From Candidatus Krumholzibacteriia bacterium (GTDB lineage Bacteria; Krumholzibacteriota; Krumholzibacteriia; Krumholzibacteriales; Krumholzibacteriaceae): a DNA stretch of 64,000 nt. Under the pieces are notes generated by a model. That model did no database searches. It was not told the DNA's origin and worked only from the letters and a program-made list of their open reading frames with translations. The position numbers were made by a program, and so were the translations under genes. Where the stretch lies: NCBI GenBank assembly GCA_963836185.1, contig CAWIIQ010000003.1, forward strand, positions 128,001 through 192,000, written 5' to 3'. Of this stretch, positions 55,043 to 64,000 are shown one piece after another (position 1 is the first letter of the stretch; each line of letters opens with the position of its first letter).

Positions 55043-55293
55043 TCGTATTTGTCTCATTGCTGGTCCTCTGCATCTTTCTCTGTCTGTACAGGGTAGGGAA
55101 GGGTCCGACCGCTCCGGACAGAACGGTGGCGATCGACATACTAGGAACGCTCGTAGTGGGGTTCTGCGCGATATACTCGATCATCACCAAGAAAGACCTG
55201 TACATGAACATCGGAATATCATGGGCGCTCCTGAGCTTTATCGGGACACTCGCCCTTGCCAAATATCTGGAAGGGAGGGGTTTCGATGAATGA
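55039..55293 (+). CDS. MrpF/MnhF-like subunit
   Basis: GPT.PDR.VAID; LSFIGTLALAKYL. Confidence 0.9.
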   Translation: MIVFVSLLVLCIFLCLYRVGKGPTAPDRTVAIDILGTLVVGFCAIYSIITKKDLYMNIGISWALLSFIGTLALAKYLEGRGFDE

Positions 55294-55630
55294 GATAATC
55301 GGATTGACACTGTTGATCATCGGCATCTCGTTCGATGTCATCGGGTGTATCGGACTCGTCCGGCTGCCCGACATCTATAACCGCCTCCAGGCGGCGACGA
55401 AGTGCGTAACGCTCGGCACGTGCATGATCCTTCTCAGCGTCGTCTTCTACACCGGACTCAACTCGATCGGTGTAAAGGCTCTGCTGTGCATCTGGTTTGT
55501 CCTGATGACATCGCCCACGGGCGCGCATGCCATCGCCAGGGCCGCCCACCGTTCGGGTATCAGGCTCTGGGAGGGCAGCATCATGGACAAGTACGCGGAC
55601 GACAGGGAAGGCGCGGAGGATATAGCCTGA
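55286..55630 (+). CDS. MrpG/MnhG-like subunit
   Basis: RLPDIYNRLQAATK..TLG; SPTGAHAIARAA. Confidence 0.92.
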   Translation: MNEIIGLTLLIIGISFDVIGCIGLVRLPDIYNRLQAATKCVTLGTCMILLSVVFYTGLNSIGVKALLCIWFVLMTSPTGAHAIARAAHRSGIRLWEGSIMDKYADDREGAEDIA

Positions 55631-55661
55631 GAAAGGCGATGGAACATCGGGGGTTTTTCAA

Positions 55662-56291
55662 GTGGCGATTCGTAAACCGAAGCTGAGAGAATTAAAAGAG
55701 GCAGTGACTGCCCTGATAATGGGGCCGTACACGTCGAAGTTCCCGAAGGTGATGCCAGTCATGCCGGAGGGCTTCAGAGGGACCCCCACGTACGTTCCCG
55801 ATGAATGTGTGGGCTGCGGGTCGTGCGGCCAGGTCTGCCCGGCCGGAGCGATCACTATCGTCGATCGAGTGAACGACGAGGGCAGGATGGTGCGCTATAT
55901 AGAGCGCAACTGGGGATCGTGCATATTCTGCAGCCAGTGCTTTGTATACTGCATAACGGGAAAGGGGATCAAGCTCGATCCCGATTTCGAGAAGTCGGCC
56001 CTTTCTCCCTCGGACGTCATCGATTCCCATGAGAAGGAGCTCCTCTTCTGCGAGAGCTGCGGCGGTGTCGTAACGGCCGAGGACCACGCGAGGTGGTGCT
56101 CGAGGCAGCTCGGCGAGCTGGCATTCGGCAACCAGACACTCAACGTACTGAAGTACAAGGATCTCGGGCTGGTAGAGGAGAACACGGGAACGAACGAGAG
56201 GAAATCTCTCGAAAGAGACAGATACATGAAGATCATGTGTCCCAACTGCCGCTCTTCCTATATCCTCTCCGACGAGTGGGGAACGAGCTGA
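55662..56291 (+). CDS. NuoI/MbhN-like 2x[4Fe-4S] subunit with extra C-terminal CxxC pairs
   Basis: FRG, CVGCGSCGQVCP, CIFCSQC...C, CESC, CPNC. Confidence 0.9.
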   Translation: MAIRKPKLRELKEAVTALIMGPYTSKFPKVMPVMPEGFRGTPTYVPDECVGCGSCGQVCPAGAITIVDRVNDEGRMVRYIERNWGSCIFCSQCFVYCITGKGIKLDPDFEKSALSPSDVIDSHEKELLFCESCGGVVTAEDHARWCSRQLGELAFGNQTLNVLKYKDLGLVEENTGTNERKSLERDRYMKIMCPNCRSSYILSDEWGTS

Positions 56292-56318
56292 TCGAACGGG
56301 AAAAGGATTCGTACTTTC

Positions 56319-56345
56319 AAGGCCCCATACGGGGCCTTTTTATTT
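56319..56345 (+). terminator. Intrinsic terminator after the hydrogenase structural genes
   Basis: AAGGCCCC-ATAC-GGGGCCTT followed by TTTATTT. Confidence 0.75.
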
Positions 56346-56365
56346 GAACCGGCCGGAGGAAAAGG

Positions 56366-56836
56366 ATGAACGGGTTCGAAAAGGAACTGCTCGAGAAACT
56401 CAAGGGAAAGAGATTCGGAGTAGTCGGTATCGGAAACGTGATAAAGGGTGATGACGGGGCGGGCTGCGTGGTCATCGAACGGCTCGGCGAGGGTTTCGCT
56501 ATGCCGACGGTAGACTGCGCCGAGGTTCCCGAAAATTACGGCGGCTGGGTGGAGAGGCGCGACCTCGAAGCGGTAGTATATATTGACGCGGTAGAGTTCG
56601 GTGGCGAGCCCGGAGAGGTGAGGATAATCCCCCTCGAGAAGATGATGGAGTCGGCTACGAGCACGCATCACCTTTCACTCCACTATATGATCAGGTTCCT
56701 CAAGGAAGAGTGGGAGGGGGAAGCGATCATGGTGGGGATCCAGCCTGTCTCGATGATGATCGGCGACGGGATCTGCGAAGAGGTGTCGGCGGGAGTCGAT
56801 CTGGTCGCCGGTGTCCTGGCGAAGGCTCTGGAATAA
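56366..56836 (+). CDS. hycI: Hydrogenase maturation endopeptidase, HycI-type
   Basis: GIGN.IKGDDGAG, PEN, IDAV, STHHL, GIQP. Confidence 0.9.
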   Translation: MNGFEKELLEKLKGKRFGVVGIGNVIKGDDGAGCVVIERLGEGFAMPTVDCAEVPENYGGWVERRDLEAVVYIDAVEFGGEPGEVRIIPLEKMMESATSTHHLSLHYMIRFLKEEWEGEAIMVGIQPVSMMIGDGICEEVSAGVDLVAGVLAKALE

Positions 56837-56869
56837 TCCGGAATCAATGTTTAAAGGGATAGATATGAG

Positions 56870-56897
56870 AAGGGCGGCCTGGAAGGCCGCCCTTTTT
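56870..56897. terminator. Terminator between convergent genes
   Basis: AAGGGCGGCC/GGCCGCCCTT stem followed by T-tract. Confidence 0.7.
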
Positions 56898-56932
56898 GTC
56901 CGATTCATAAAAGGGAGAGTCCAGATCCCATA

Positions 56933-57511
56933 TCAAGTAGATCTTCCAGCCAGGAAAGCCTTCCGGTTGATCTCTCCCGTACCCTTCGGCGCCATCTTCT
57001 CGATGACTTCGAGCCACTTCTCTTCCGGCAGGTCCGTAGACTGTGACAGCACTCCGAGAAGGATCGTGTTGACCATGCGCGGATTGCCGAGCTCCTTCGC
57101 GATATCGGTCGCCTCGATCAGTTTAGCCTCCGGAGCTCGTGCCCTTATCCTGCCCATCACATCCTCGGGATAGAAAAATTTCCCCGTGGCGGTGATCGGA
57201 GGGACGAGCTTGTGATCGTTCACGATGAAGGTGCCGCCCTCCGCGAGCTGATGGATCCACCTGAGGCCCTCTGCCAGCTCGAAGGCGAGGATGATATCCG
57301 ATTCACCGGCAGGGATCAGCGGCGAATAGACCTTCTCGCCGAAGCGTATATGGCTGGATACCACTCCGCCGCGCTGCGACATCCCGTGGACCTCGCTCTT
57401 CTTGGCGTCGAGCCCCATTATCTTTGCCACCTCGCACAGGATCTCGCTGGCGAGTATGACACCCTGTCCCCCGACACCTACGATCAGTACATTCGTGATT
57501 CCATTCTTCAT
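56933..57511 (-). CDS. iorB: Indolepyruvate:ferredoxin oxidoreductase beta subunit
   Basis: VGVGGQG, EVHGMSQRGG, N.ILLG. Confidence 0.93.
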   Translation of the reverse strand: MKNGITNVLIVGVGGQGVILASEILCEVAKIMGLDAKKSEVHGMSQRGGVVSSHIRFGEKVYSPLIPAGESDIILAFELAEGLRWIHQLAEGGTFIVNDHKLVPPITATGKFFYPEDVMGRIRARAPEAKLIEATDIAKELGNPRMVNTILLGVLSQSTDLPEEKWLEVIEKMAPKGTGEINRKAFLAGRST

Positions 57512-57529
57512 TATTCGTGCAACTCCTCT

Positions 57530-59308
57530 CTACTGCTCGAGCGGGATGATTGCGCCCGAGGGGCAGACCTGCGCGCATATGGTGCAGCCCGTGCATGTGA
57601 TCGGGTCGATCTCTGATTTCGGCTTGCCCTTGTCGTTCTTTTCGTCGCTCGCGGCGATCGAGGGGCAACCGACGCCGAAGCACAGCCCGCAGGCAATGCA
57701 CTTCTCCAGCACTACCGTATAAGGAGCATCCTTGATCTTCGACGGGAAGAGCATGCACGGCCTGTTCGTGATGACAACGGAGCAGGCATCTCTCTCTGTC
57801 TCCTCCTTAAGGACGCTTATAGTCTCTTCGAGATCGTATGGGTCGACCTCGCGGACATGCTCCACTCCGACGGCCCTGCAGAGCGCCTTGAGGTCGACGG
57901 CGTTTGCCGGCTCGCCCATCAGGGTCTTCGAAGTCGCCGGATTGTCCTGGCCGCCGGTCATGGCGGTTATCCTGTTGTCGACGATTATGTTCGTCGTTGT
58001 CGCCTTGTTGTAGACTGCCGAAGCGAGAGCCGTTATGCCGCTGTGCAGGAAGGTGCTGTCCCCGATCAGGGAGACGACCTTGCCGTCTGTCTTGCCGACC
58101 TTCGTTATCCCGAAGGCATGGCCGATCGAGGCGCCCATGCAGAGGCAGGTATCGATCTGGCTCAGCGGAGGCAGGGCTCCGAGTGTATAGCAGCCGATGT
58201 CGCCTGTCGTGTAGAGCTTGAGTTTCTTCATTGCGACCATCATGCCCCTGTGCGGGCAGCCCGAGCACAGGACCGGAGGCCTCGGAAGCACCTCTTCCGG
58301 CTCTGCGGAGGCGGTCGATGACTTGACGGAATCATCAAGCAGCCCTGCCTCGATGAACCCGTCACGTACACGGTCGACGTTCAGTTCCATCCAGCTGGAG
58401 AAGTATTTTTTTCCCTCGACTTCTATCCCGGCGGCCTTTATCTGCTCCTCGTAGAAGGGCTCGAGTTCCTCGACTACGAAGAGGTTCTTCACCTCGGCGG
58501 CGAAGGTTGCGATCTTTTTCATCGGGAGAGGGTAGCCCATCCCGAGCTTCAGAACGCTCGCGTTCGGCATAGCCTCTTTGACATGCTGGTACGAGATGCT
58601 GCCGGTGACGATGCCGACTTCCTTGTCGTTCCACTCGATCCGGTTCAGGTCGGTCGTCTCGGCGTACTCCTTCAGGGCCTCGAGTCTGTCTATTACGACC
58701 TTGTGACGCTTTGCCGCGTGGGCAGGGACCATTACGTACTTTGTGATATTGCGCTCAAAGCCGCCATGCTCGACGGTCTCGCGTTCGCCGATCTTGACGA
58801 TCCCCTTCGAGTGCGAGATGCGGGTCGTGATGCGCAGGAGGACCGGCGTGTCGAACTGTTCGCTGATATCGAACGACGCCTTGACGAAATCCTTCGCTTC
58901 CTGGCTGTCCGAAGGCTCGAGGACCGGTATCGAGGCAAACTTCCCATAGTACCGGTTGTCCTGCTCGTTCTGCGACGAGTGAAGGCTCGGGTCGTCGGCG
59001 CTTACGAGGATCATTCCCGCGCCGACGCCGGTATAGGTCAGCGACATGAGCGGATCAGCGGCTACGTTTACACCGACATGCTTCATTACGGCAATCGATC
59101 TCGCTCCGCCGTAGCTTGCGCCGACCGCTACCTCGAGAGCGACCTTTTCATTGATCGCCCACTCGGCGTATACATCGTCCTTGAAGAATTTCGCGATCAC
59201 CTGGAGTATCTCGGTGCTCGGCGTTCCCGGGTAAGCGGAGGCGAACTCGCCGCCGTACTCGTACACGCCGCGCGCGAGAGCCTCGTTTCCGGACAGAAGC
59301 ATCTCCAT
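57530..59308 (-). CDS. iorA: Indolepyruvate:ferredoxin oxidoreductase alpha subunit
   Basis: YPGTPSTE, NEKVA, KHVG.NVA.D, CSGCPH, GDSTF TPP motif, C-terminal 2x[4Fe-4S]. Confidence 0.95.
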   Translation of the reverse strand: MEMLLSGNEALARGVYEYGGEFASAYPGTPSTEILQVIAKFFKDDVYAEWAINEKVALEVAVGASYGGARSIAVMKHVGVNVAADPLMSLTYTGVGAGMILVSADDPSLHSSQNEQDNRYYGKFASIPVLEPSDSQEAKDFVKASFDISEQFDTPVLLRITTRISHSKGIVKIGERETVEHGGFERNITKYVMVPAHAAKRHKVVIDRLEALKEYAETTDLNRIEWNDKEVGIVTGSISYQHVKEAMPNASVLKLGMGYPLPMKKIATFAAEVKNLFVVEELEPFYEEQIKAAGIEVEGKKYFSSWMELNVDRVRDGFIEAGLLDDSVKSSTASAEPEEVLPRPPVLCSGCPHRGMMVAMKKLKLYTTGDIGCYTLGALPPLSQIDTCLCMGASIGHAFGITKVGKTDGKVVSLIGDSTFLHSGITALASAVYNKATTTNIIVDNRITAMTGGQDNPATSKTLMGEPANAVDLKALCRAVGVEHVREVDPYDLEETISVLKEETERDACSVVITNRPCMLFPSKIKDAPYTVVLEKCIACGLCFGVGCPSIAASDEKNDKGKPKSEIDPITCTGCTICAQVCPSGAIIPLEQ

Positions 59309-59502
59309 ATCAGGGTTCCTCCCGCTTTTCTGAATGTATTGAAAACACTGTTGCAATAATCAGAGGTTGATTCATAGCCATAGAAACCTAACCGAAATAC
59401 CGGAAAAATTCAACCGTAAAGAAATGAAAAAAACAAAAAAATTATTTGGCTGTACCGGTCGGAATCCCTTATGATTACTAAAGTTACTGAATCAGGGGGA
59501 GA

Positions 59503-60720
59503 ATGGGTATGTCCGGGAAACCCCGATACGAGATCACAGGCGAGATTTCACGGTTCGATGAGAGGGATACCGTCTTTTCGAGAGAGGCATTCCTGCCTGG
59601 AAGCCCCGAGGAGATAGAATATCACAGCAGGCATCCCGAACTTATCGAGGTCGACTCGAAGCTTTCGAGATTCATCATATCGAAGATGGAGGGGGGTGAA
59701 GAGGTCGACCAGCTCGCCCGCTCCGTCTACGAGGCCAACTTTATCCCTCCCGCTGCTCTCGCCCTTCCCGACATGGTCGATGGTACGCCCGAACCGGGCA
59801 GAATCAGCTGGAACAGCCGTGAAGCGGCGGCCAGGATCAAGGAGTTCGGCAGGAGGCTTGGCGCTGACGACGTGCGTATCGGGCCGCTGAAGCAGGAGTG
59901 GATCTATACTCACAAGGGCTCGAGGCCCTTTTTTCGCGAGGAATATATCAACCCGCCCTACTTCAGGGGCTTTCCTGAGGATTACCAGGGAAAACTCTAT
60001 GGAGACCCGATAGAACTCGATCACCCTACAGCCATATCGCTCGCATTCAGGCAGGAGAAGGAGATGACGGCGACAGGTTCGACCCGTGCCGTGGATTTTG
60101 AGGTGGGCAGGATCTACGCCCTCTCCGCCCTTGTCTCGGTCCAGCTGGCGAGGTTCATAAGGGCCCTGGGCTGGCGCGCGAGGGCCCATCACCTGCGAAA
60201 CTACCTCGTTCTGTGCGTTCCCGTCGCAGTCGATTCCGGCATCGGCGAACTTGCACGGTGCGGATATGTCGTCAGCCGGAGCCTCGGAGCGAATTTCAGG
60301 CTGGTGACCGTTACGACGGATATGCCTCTTGACTATGACGACCCCGTCGATCTCGGAATGACGGATTTCTGCACCAAATGCGAGAAGTGCGCGACGAACT
60401 GTCCGTCGGGAGCTATTCCGAGGGGAGAGATGGTCGAGGTCAGGGGGATCCGTAAATGGAAGCTGAATCCCGAGGCCTGTCTGCTCTACTGGGGGAAGAC
60501 GGGGTACACCTGCTCGATCTGCCAGACGGTCTGCCCCTGGACCAAACCGGACAATCTCTTTCACAGGAGTATCGCGGCGACGGCGGTAAATGTGCCGTGG
60601 ATCAGGAGGGCTCTCGTAATGGGGGATGACCTCGTCTACGGGGCCAGGTTCAGGCCGGCCAGGCTGCCCGGCTGGCTCACCGCCGGGGACAGCCGTACCA
60701 CAGGGTCCAGCGATCGGTAG
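59503..60720 (+). CDS. Reductive dehalogenase-like cobalamin/Fe-S protein, no TAT signal
   Basis: RFDERD..FSR, GIGELAR.G, V.TDMPL, FCTKCEKCATNCP, CSICQTVCPW. Confidence 0.82.
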   Translation: MGMSGKPRYEITGEISRFDERDTVFSREAFLPGSPEEIEYHSRHPELIEVDSKLSRFIISKMEGGEEVDQLARSVYEANFIPPAALALPDMVDGTPEPGRISWNSREAAARIKEFGRRLGADDVRIGPLKQEWIYTHKGSRPFFREEYINPPYFRGFPEDYQGKLYGDPIELDHPTAISLAFRQEKEMTATGSTRAVDFEVGRIYALSALVSVQLARFIRALGWRARAHHLRNYLVLCVPVAVDSGIGELARCGYVVSRSLGANFRLVTVTTDMPLDYDDPVDLGMTDFCTKCEKCATNCPSGAIPRGEMVEVRGIRKWKLNPEACLLYWGKTGYTCSICQTVCPWTKPDNLFHRSIAATAVNVPWIRRALVMGDDLVYGARFRPARLPGWLTAGDSRTTGSSDR

Positions 60721-61189
60721 AGCCGACTCCCGCCTGGATGAAAAAACAGCCGTACCCTTCCGGTCTTTCCTCCGAGGGGCGTGATCCTGCCAGCGTGCCG
60801 TCTGACAGGGCCGATCTGATCTCCGGGAAACTTTTCTCAGATCCCTTCTCAAGCCTGAAATCTATACGGTGGCGCGGCCAGCATGGGCCCTCGCTGATGA
60901 CTACAAGCCGGGGCATGCCGCAGATACTGACTCCCATCGAATCGAGAAGGGCGGCGAGCCCTGACGCGGCTGCCAGGTAGGTCTCGTCACTCGCCCGCTC
61001 GACAGACAGTATCGAGATCCTGACAGGAGACACGGGGTCGTCACATGAAGGATCGACATCGATTTCAAGGGAAAGGGTGTCAGCGGAGCATCCGCCGACC
61101 CGTTTCGACTGCGAACGTCCGTCGCCCGAGCAGGCGCCGATAAGGAGCATGCAGGTCAGAATGGAAAAGACCGGTATGATGGCTCGCAT
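60677..61189 (-). CDS. Hypothetical lipoprotein
   Basis: Lipobox-like LIGAC after a hydrophobic N-terminus. Confidence 0.55.
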   Translation of the reverse strand: MRAIIPVFSILTCMLLIGACSGDGRSQSKRVGGCSADTLSLEIDVDPSCDDPVSPVRISILSVERASDETYLAAASGLAALLDSMGVSICGMPRLVVISEGPCWPRHRIDFRLEKGSEKSFPEIRSALSDGTLAGSRPSEERPEGYGCFFIQAGVGSTDRWTLWYGCPRR

Positions 61190-61203
61190 CTTTGCCCGCT
61201 ATC

Positions 61204-61887
61204 CTAGAATTCTCCATACTTGGAAGGCGGCTTGAGCCATGCCTGAATGCCGATCCTCAGGTCGAATGACGAGAACCTCTCCTCGAGGGGTTCTCCACTG
61301 CTGTCGAAGATCGAGTCGTAGTCAGAACTCTCAAGGAACGAGGAGTCATACTTGCTCTGGTCGAAGGTCGTCAGGAAGACGCTTTCCATGAACAGAGTGA
61401 TGTTGTCCTTGATCCTCGATTCGAACTGGAGGAGGATCATTCCCTGGAGACCGTCGATCTTGCCGCCGGCCCGCGCGATGTTCGTGTAGCCATATCCCGC
61501 ACCGGCGCCAAGGTATGGCCGGAATATCTCGTTTGAGGGCCAGAGGTTCCTTTTACCGACGAGCATGAAGTTGTAATGCGTCATGTCGCCCTCGAAGCTT
61601 TCGTAGGCGTTTTCGTACTTGAAGCTCTGATAGCGGGACAAGTCGAACCAGAGTTCCAGGGCCCACTTGTGCTTGGAGAACGCCCGCCCGATCGACATGC
61701 TGAAACTCGGTCCCGCGGAAAGCTCGCATCTCCCCTGGGTTTTGAGCTCGTTATTAAGGTTCGGCATCAAAGGATAGCTTCCTCCGACTGTGGCCTTGAG
61801 GAAGACGTTGCTGTCAGCCGCAGTCGCCGGCGCCGTCAGTGCGGCAGCCAGAAGAAGCGCCGCGGCCATGCTCGTAATGAATCGCAT
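61204..61887 (-). CDS. Outer-membrane beta-barrel protein
   Basis: Signal peptide; RPYLGAGAGY; alternating beta-strands. Confidence 0.8.
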   Translation of the reverse strand: MRFITSMAAALLLAAALTAPATAADSNVFLKATVGGSYPLMPNLNNELKTQGRCELSAGPSFSMSIGRAFSKHKWALELWFDLSRYQSFKYENAYESFEGDMTHYNFMLVGKRNLWPSNEIFRPYLGAGAGYGYTNIARAGGKIDGLQGMILLQFESRIKDNITLFMESVFLTTFDQSKYDSSFLESSDYDSIFDSSGEPLEERFSSFDLRIGIQAWLKPPSKYGEF

Positions 61888-61892
61888 TAACT

Positions 61893-62312
61893 TTACCCCC
61901 TGTCCTGGTCGGGTTCGGATATGTCCAGCCCCGGGGCTCCTTCCGCGCCGGGAAGGTGGCTTTCAATCCAGTTTCTAAGTTCCGTTATGTTTATAAGCCC
62001 GGTCGTCCTGTCAACGGTTCCACCGGGGGTGAACACCGCAAGTACCGGCACTCCTCTGATCTCGAGAGCTGTTACGGCGTGGGGGCTCTTTGTGGCGTCC
62101 ATCTTGTAGAAGAGCGCTCTGCCGATATAATCCGGCCCGACCTCGTTGATCAGCCCGTGCATCACCTGGCACCCGGAGCACCAGTTGTTGAAGAAGAAGA
62201 CGAACACCGGCATGCCGGGCTCCCTGACGGTCTCGTCGAACATCTCGTCAGGCAGGGCCACAGGCTCACCGGGTTTTGTCTCTATCCCTAACAGTCTCTT
62301 GAAGAATCCCAC
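61893..62312 (-). CDS. Thioredoxin-family protein
   Basis: WCSGC motif and IRGVP cis-Pro loop; GTG start after GGAG. Confidence 0.85.
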   Translation of the reverse strand: MGFFKRLLGIETKPGEPVALPDEMFDETVREPGMPVFVFFFNNWCSGCQVMHGLINEVGPDYIGRALFYKMDATKSPHAVTALEIRGVPVLAVFTPGGTVDRTTGLINITELRNWIESHLPGAEGAPGLDISEPDQDRG

Positions 62313-62416
62313 GTCGGCTCCATGTAAAAGACTTCCATCAAGAATCATTAGGCGAATATACGCCCGGGAAACTATAATATACAGGAATGCCCCGGATTTA
62401 ACAAGGCGGTGAAACG

Positions 62417-63337
62417 ATGAAAAGCACGATGTTCATAATGTCTGCCCTGCTGATACTGGCGTTTGCCGGCTCCGCGGCGCACGCCGGAGAGCTTTCTCCC
62501 GGCATGCTGCTTCCGTCGGAGAAGGATGTCGATGGCTGGAAAAAGGACGGGGAAGCCCTGTTCTATACCCCGGACAACCTCTGGGAGTATATCAACGGCC
62601 AGGCTGAGACATTTCTAATGTACGATTTTCAAGAGGTGGCGGCGCAGCACTATCTCGACGCCTCTGAACTCGAGATAAAGGTCGAGATATACGAGCATGG
62701 AGATCCGCTTATGACCTTCGGGATCTACTCGCAGTTCCGAAGCCCCGAGGGAGCATACCTCGATATCGGAAACGAGGCTTTCGGGGACGAGTACTCGATC
62801 CATTTCTGGAAGGGACGCTTCTATGTGAAGGTCTATGCCTACGACGAGGGGGTAAAGAGCAGCGAGGCGATGAAGATGTTCGCGGGTCTTGTGGCCGGCA
62901 GTATCCCCGCCGAAGGGGGAGAGCCGAAGGAGACCTCGCTTTTCCCGCGCGGCGGCCTGATCGAAAAGAGCGTTACTTTCGTCAGCGAAGGTGTAATGGG
63001 CAGCGGGAAATTCCCGCCGGCTTTCACCGGAGACTACCTTTCAGGCGAGGAGAAGGGGAAGCTGTATATATTCCCCCTCGAATCGAAGGATGCCGCCGCT
63101 GAACTGTTCTCCTGGTACACGGGGGAACTCGAATCGAAGGCCGGCGATGCCGTATCCGGAAAGATAAAATATGCCGTGGCCGAAGGGGAAGCGCCGTACA
63201 GGGGGCACGTGAAGGTCTTCAGGTACCAAAGGTTCATGGGCATTGTCACGGGATTCGAAGCTGGCTCTGGGACCGCGGCCGCTCTCGCTGATGAGACGGT
63301 ATCGCTTGTCGACGGGTTCTGCGGCGGGGATAAATAG
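62417..63337 (+). CDS. Exported DUF6599-like protein
   Basis: Signal peptide; LWEYING.AE.F..YDF, VEIY, FGIYS, FWKGRFYV. Confidence 0.7.
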   Translation: MKSTMFIMSALLILAFAGSAAHAGELSPGMLLPSEKDVDGWKKDGEALFYTPDNLWEYINGQAETFLMYDFQEVAAQHYLDASELEIKVEIYEHGDPLMTFGIYSQFRSPEGAYLDIGNEAFGDEYSIHFWKGRFYVKVYAYDEGVKSSEAMKMFAGLVAGSIPAEGGEPKETSLFPRGGLIEKSVTFVSEGVMGSGKFPPAFTGDYLSGEEKGKLYIFPLESKDAAAELFSWYTGELESKAGDAVSGKIKYAVAEGEAPYRGHVKVFRYQRFMGIVTGFEAGSGTAAALADETVSLVDGFCGGDK

Positions 63338-63364
63338 ACTGGACGGACAGTTTCAGGCAGAGAT

Positions 63365-63400
63365 AAAAATGAGGGGCCGGGATTTCCCGGCCCCTCTTCT
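63365..63400. terminator. Bidirectional terminator
   Basis: GAGGGGCCGGG/CCCGGCCCCTC stem with upstream AAAAA. Confidence 0.75.
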
Positions 63401-63427
63401 GTTATTCTGACACCTGATCGCCGTGGA

Positions 63428-63994
63428 TCAGTCGTTGTACATGCTTTTGATCGCTCCCCAGGTGCGTTCCGCGGTAGCTGTCTCGGAGCATTCCGGGTCT
63501 ACGCCGTCCTGGTAGTTGACGTAAAGGTTGGTGAACGCGACAGCGGGGTAGATCGGACGATCGCCTTCGCATTCATTCATATTCGGTCCGCCTGCGGTGG
63601 GATGCGCGACGACAGATATGACCCCCTGCGCTGCCGAAGTCGTTATGATCATCTGGGTGGCGATGACATTCCATCCGAACTGGCAATCCGTGATAACTCC
63701 GCTGACTCCCGATCCGAGGTTGCCCATTACGAGATAGTCGGGGTCCCAGGTTTCCGTGGTGGCGATGATCGAAGCCTCCTCGGGATAGTCGAGCATGAAC
63801 TCCACTCCTTTTGTGCCATCGGCCCACGGAAGGATGAAGACATACATCGTAAATGATCCCGGAATCGATGCGGCGGAACCGCACCACGAGGTGTGCGTGT
63901 CGTCGGCGAAAAGGCCGATGTAGCCCCTTGTCTGGGCTGATGCCGCGGTGGAGAACAGAAGCACCGCGAGAAAAATCATTAGATATCTTTTCAT
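63428..63994 (-). CDS. Secreted protein with C-terminal TWGxIKxxY motif
   Basis: Signal peptide MKRYLMIFLAVLLFSTAASA; ends ATAERTWGAIKSMYND. Confidence 0.8.
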   Translation of the reverse strand: MKRYLMIFLAVLLFSTAASAQTRGYIGLFADDTHTSWCGSAASIPGSFTMYVFILPWADGTKGVEFMLDYPEEASIIATTETWDPDYLVMGNLGSGVSGVITDCQFGWNVIATQMIITTSAAQGVISVVAHPTAGGPNMNECEGDRPIYPAVAFTNLYVNYQDGVDPECSETATAERTWGAIKSMYND

Positions 63995-64000
63995 ACCGGC

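Noticed and set aside
46465-56291. Respiratory complex I or Mbx/Mbs sulfane reductase
   Set aside because: The large subunit retains all four Ni-binding cysteines and a cleavable tail, and HycI is adjacent

Overview
GC-rich bacterial chromosomal window starting in the replication origin. DnaA boxes plus DnaA-trios precede dnaN-recF-DUF721-gyrB-gyrA. FlgD/T9SS-like C-terminal domains and a TWGxIK C-terminal motif suggest an anaerobic FCB-associated lineage such as Krumholzibacteriota/Latescibacterota (inference). Main content: (1) a corrinoid methyl-transfer operon (corrinoid protein, homocysteine methyltransferase domain, MetH reactivation domain, non-Pyl MttB) running into an isochorismatase / TrxB-like / RlmN-like trio; (2) a broken HNH gene with internal repeats; (3) large secreted proteins; (4) iscS-like/iscU/nadA; (5) a secreted DUF1573 protein whose CGC motif is read through an in-frame TGA followed by a SECIS-like hairpin (probable selenoprotein), next to a TlpA redoxin; (6) an 18-gene Mrp-linked group 4 [NiFe]-hydrogenase locus fronted by an NAD(P)/FAD module and an Fdh/NuoG-like subunit lacking the Mo ligand; (7) iorAB and a reductive dehalogenase-like gene. 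Eight genes, including essential dnaN, each carry one extra base, most likely assembly error. All calls come from motif reading; no database searches were run.
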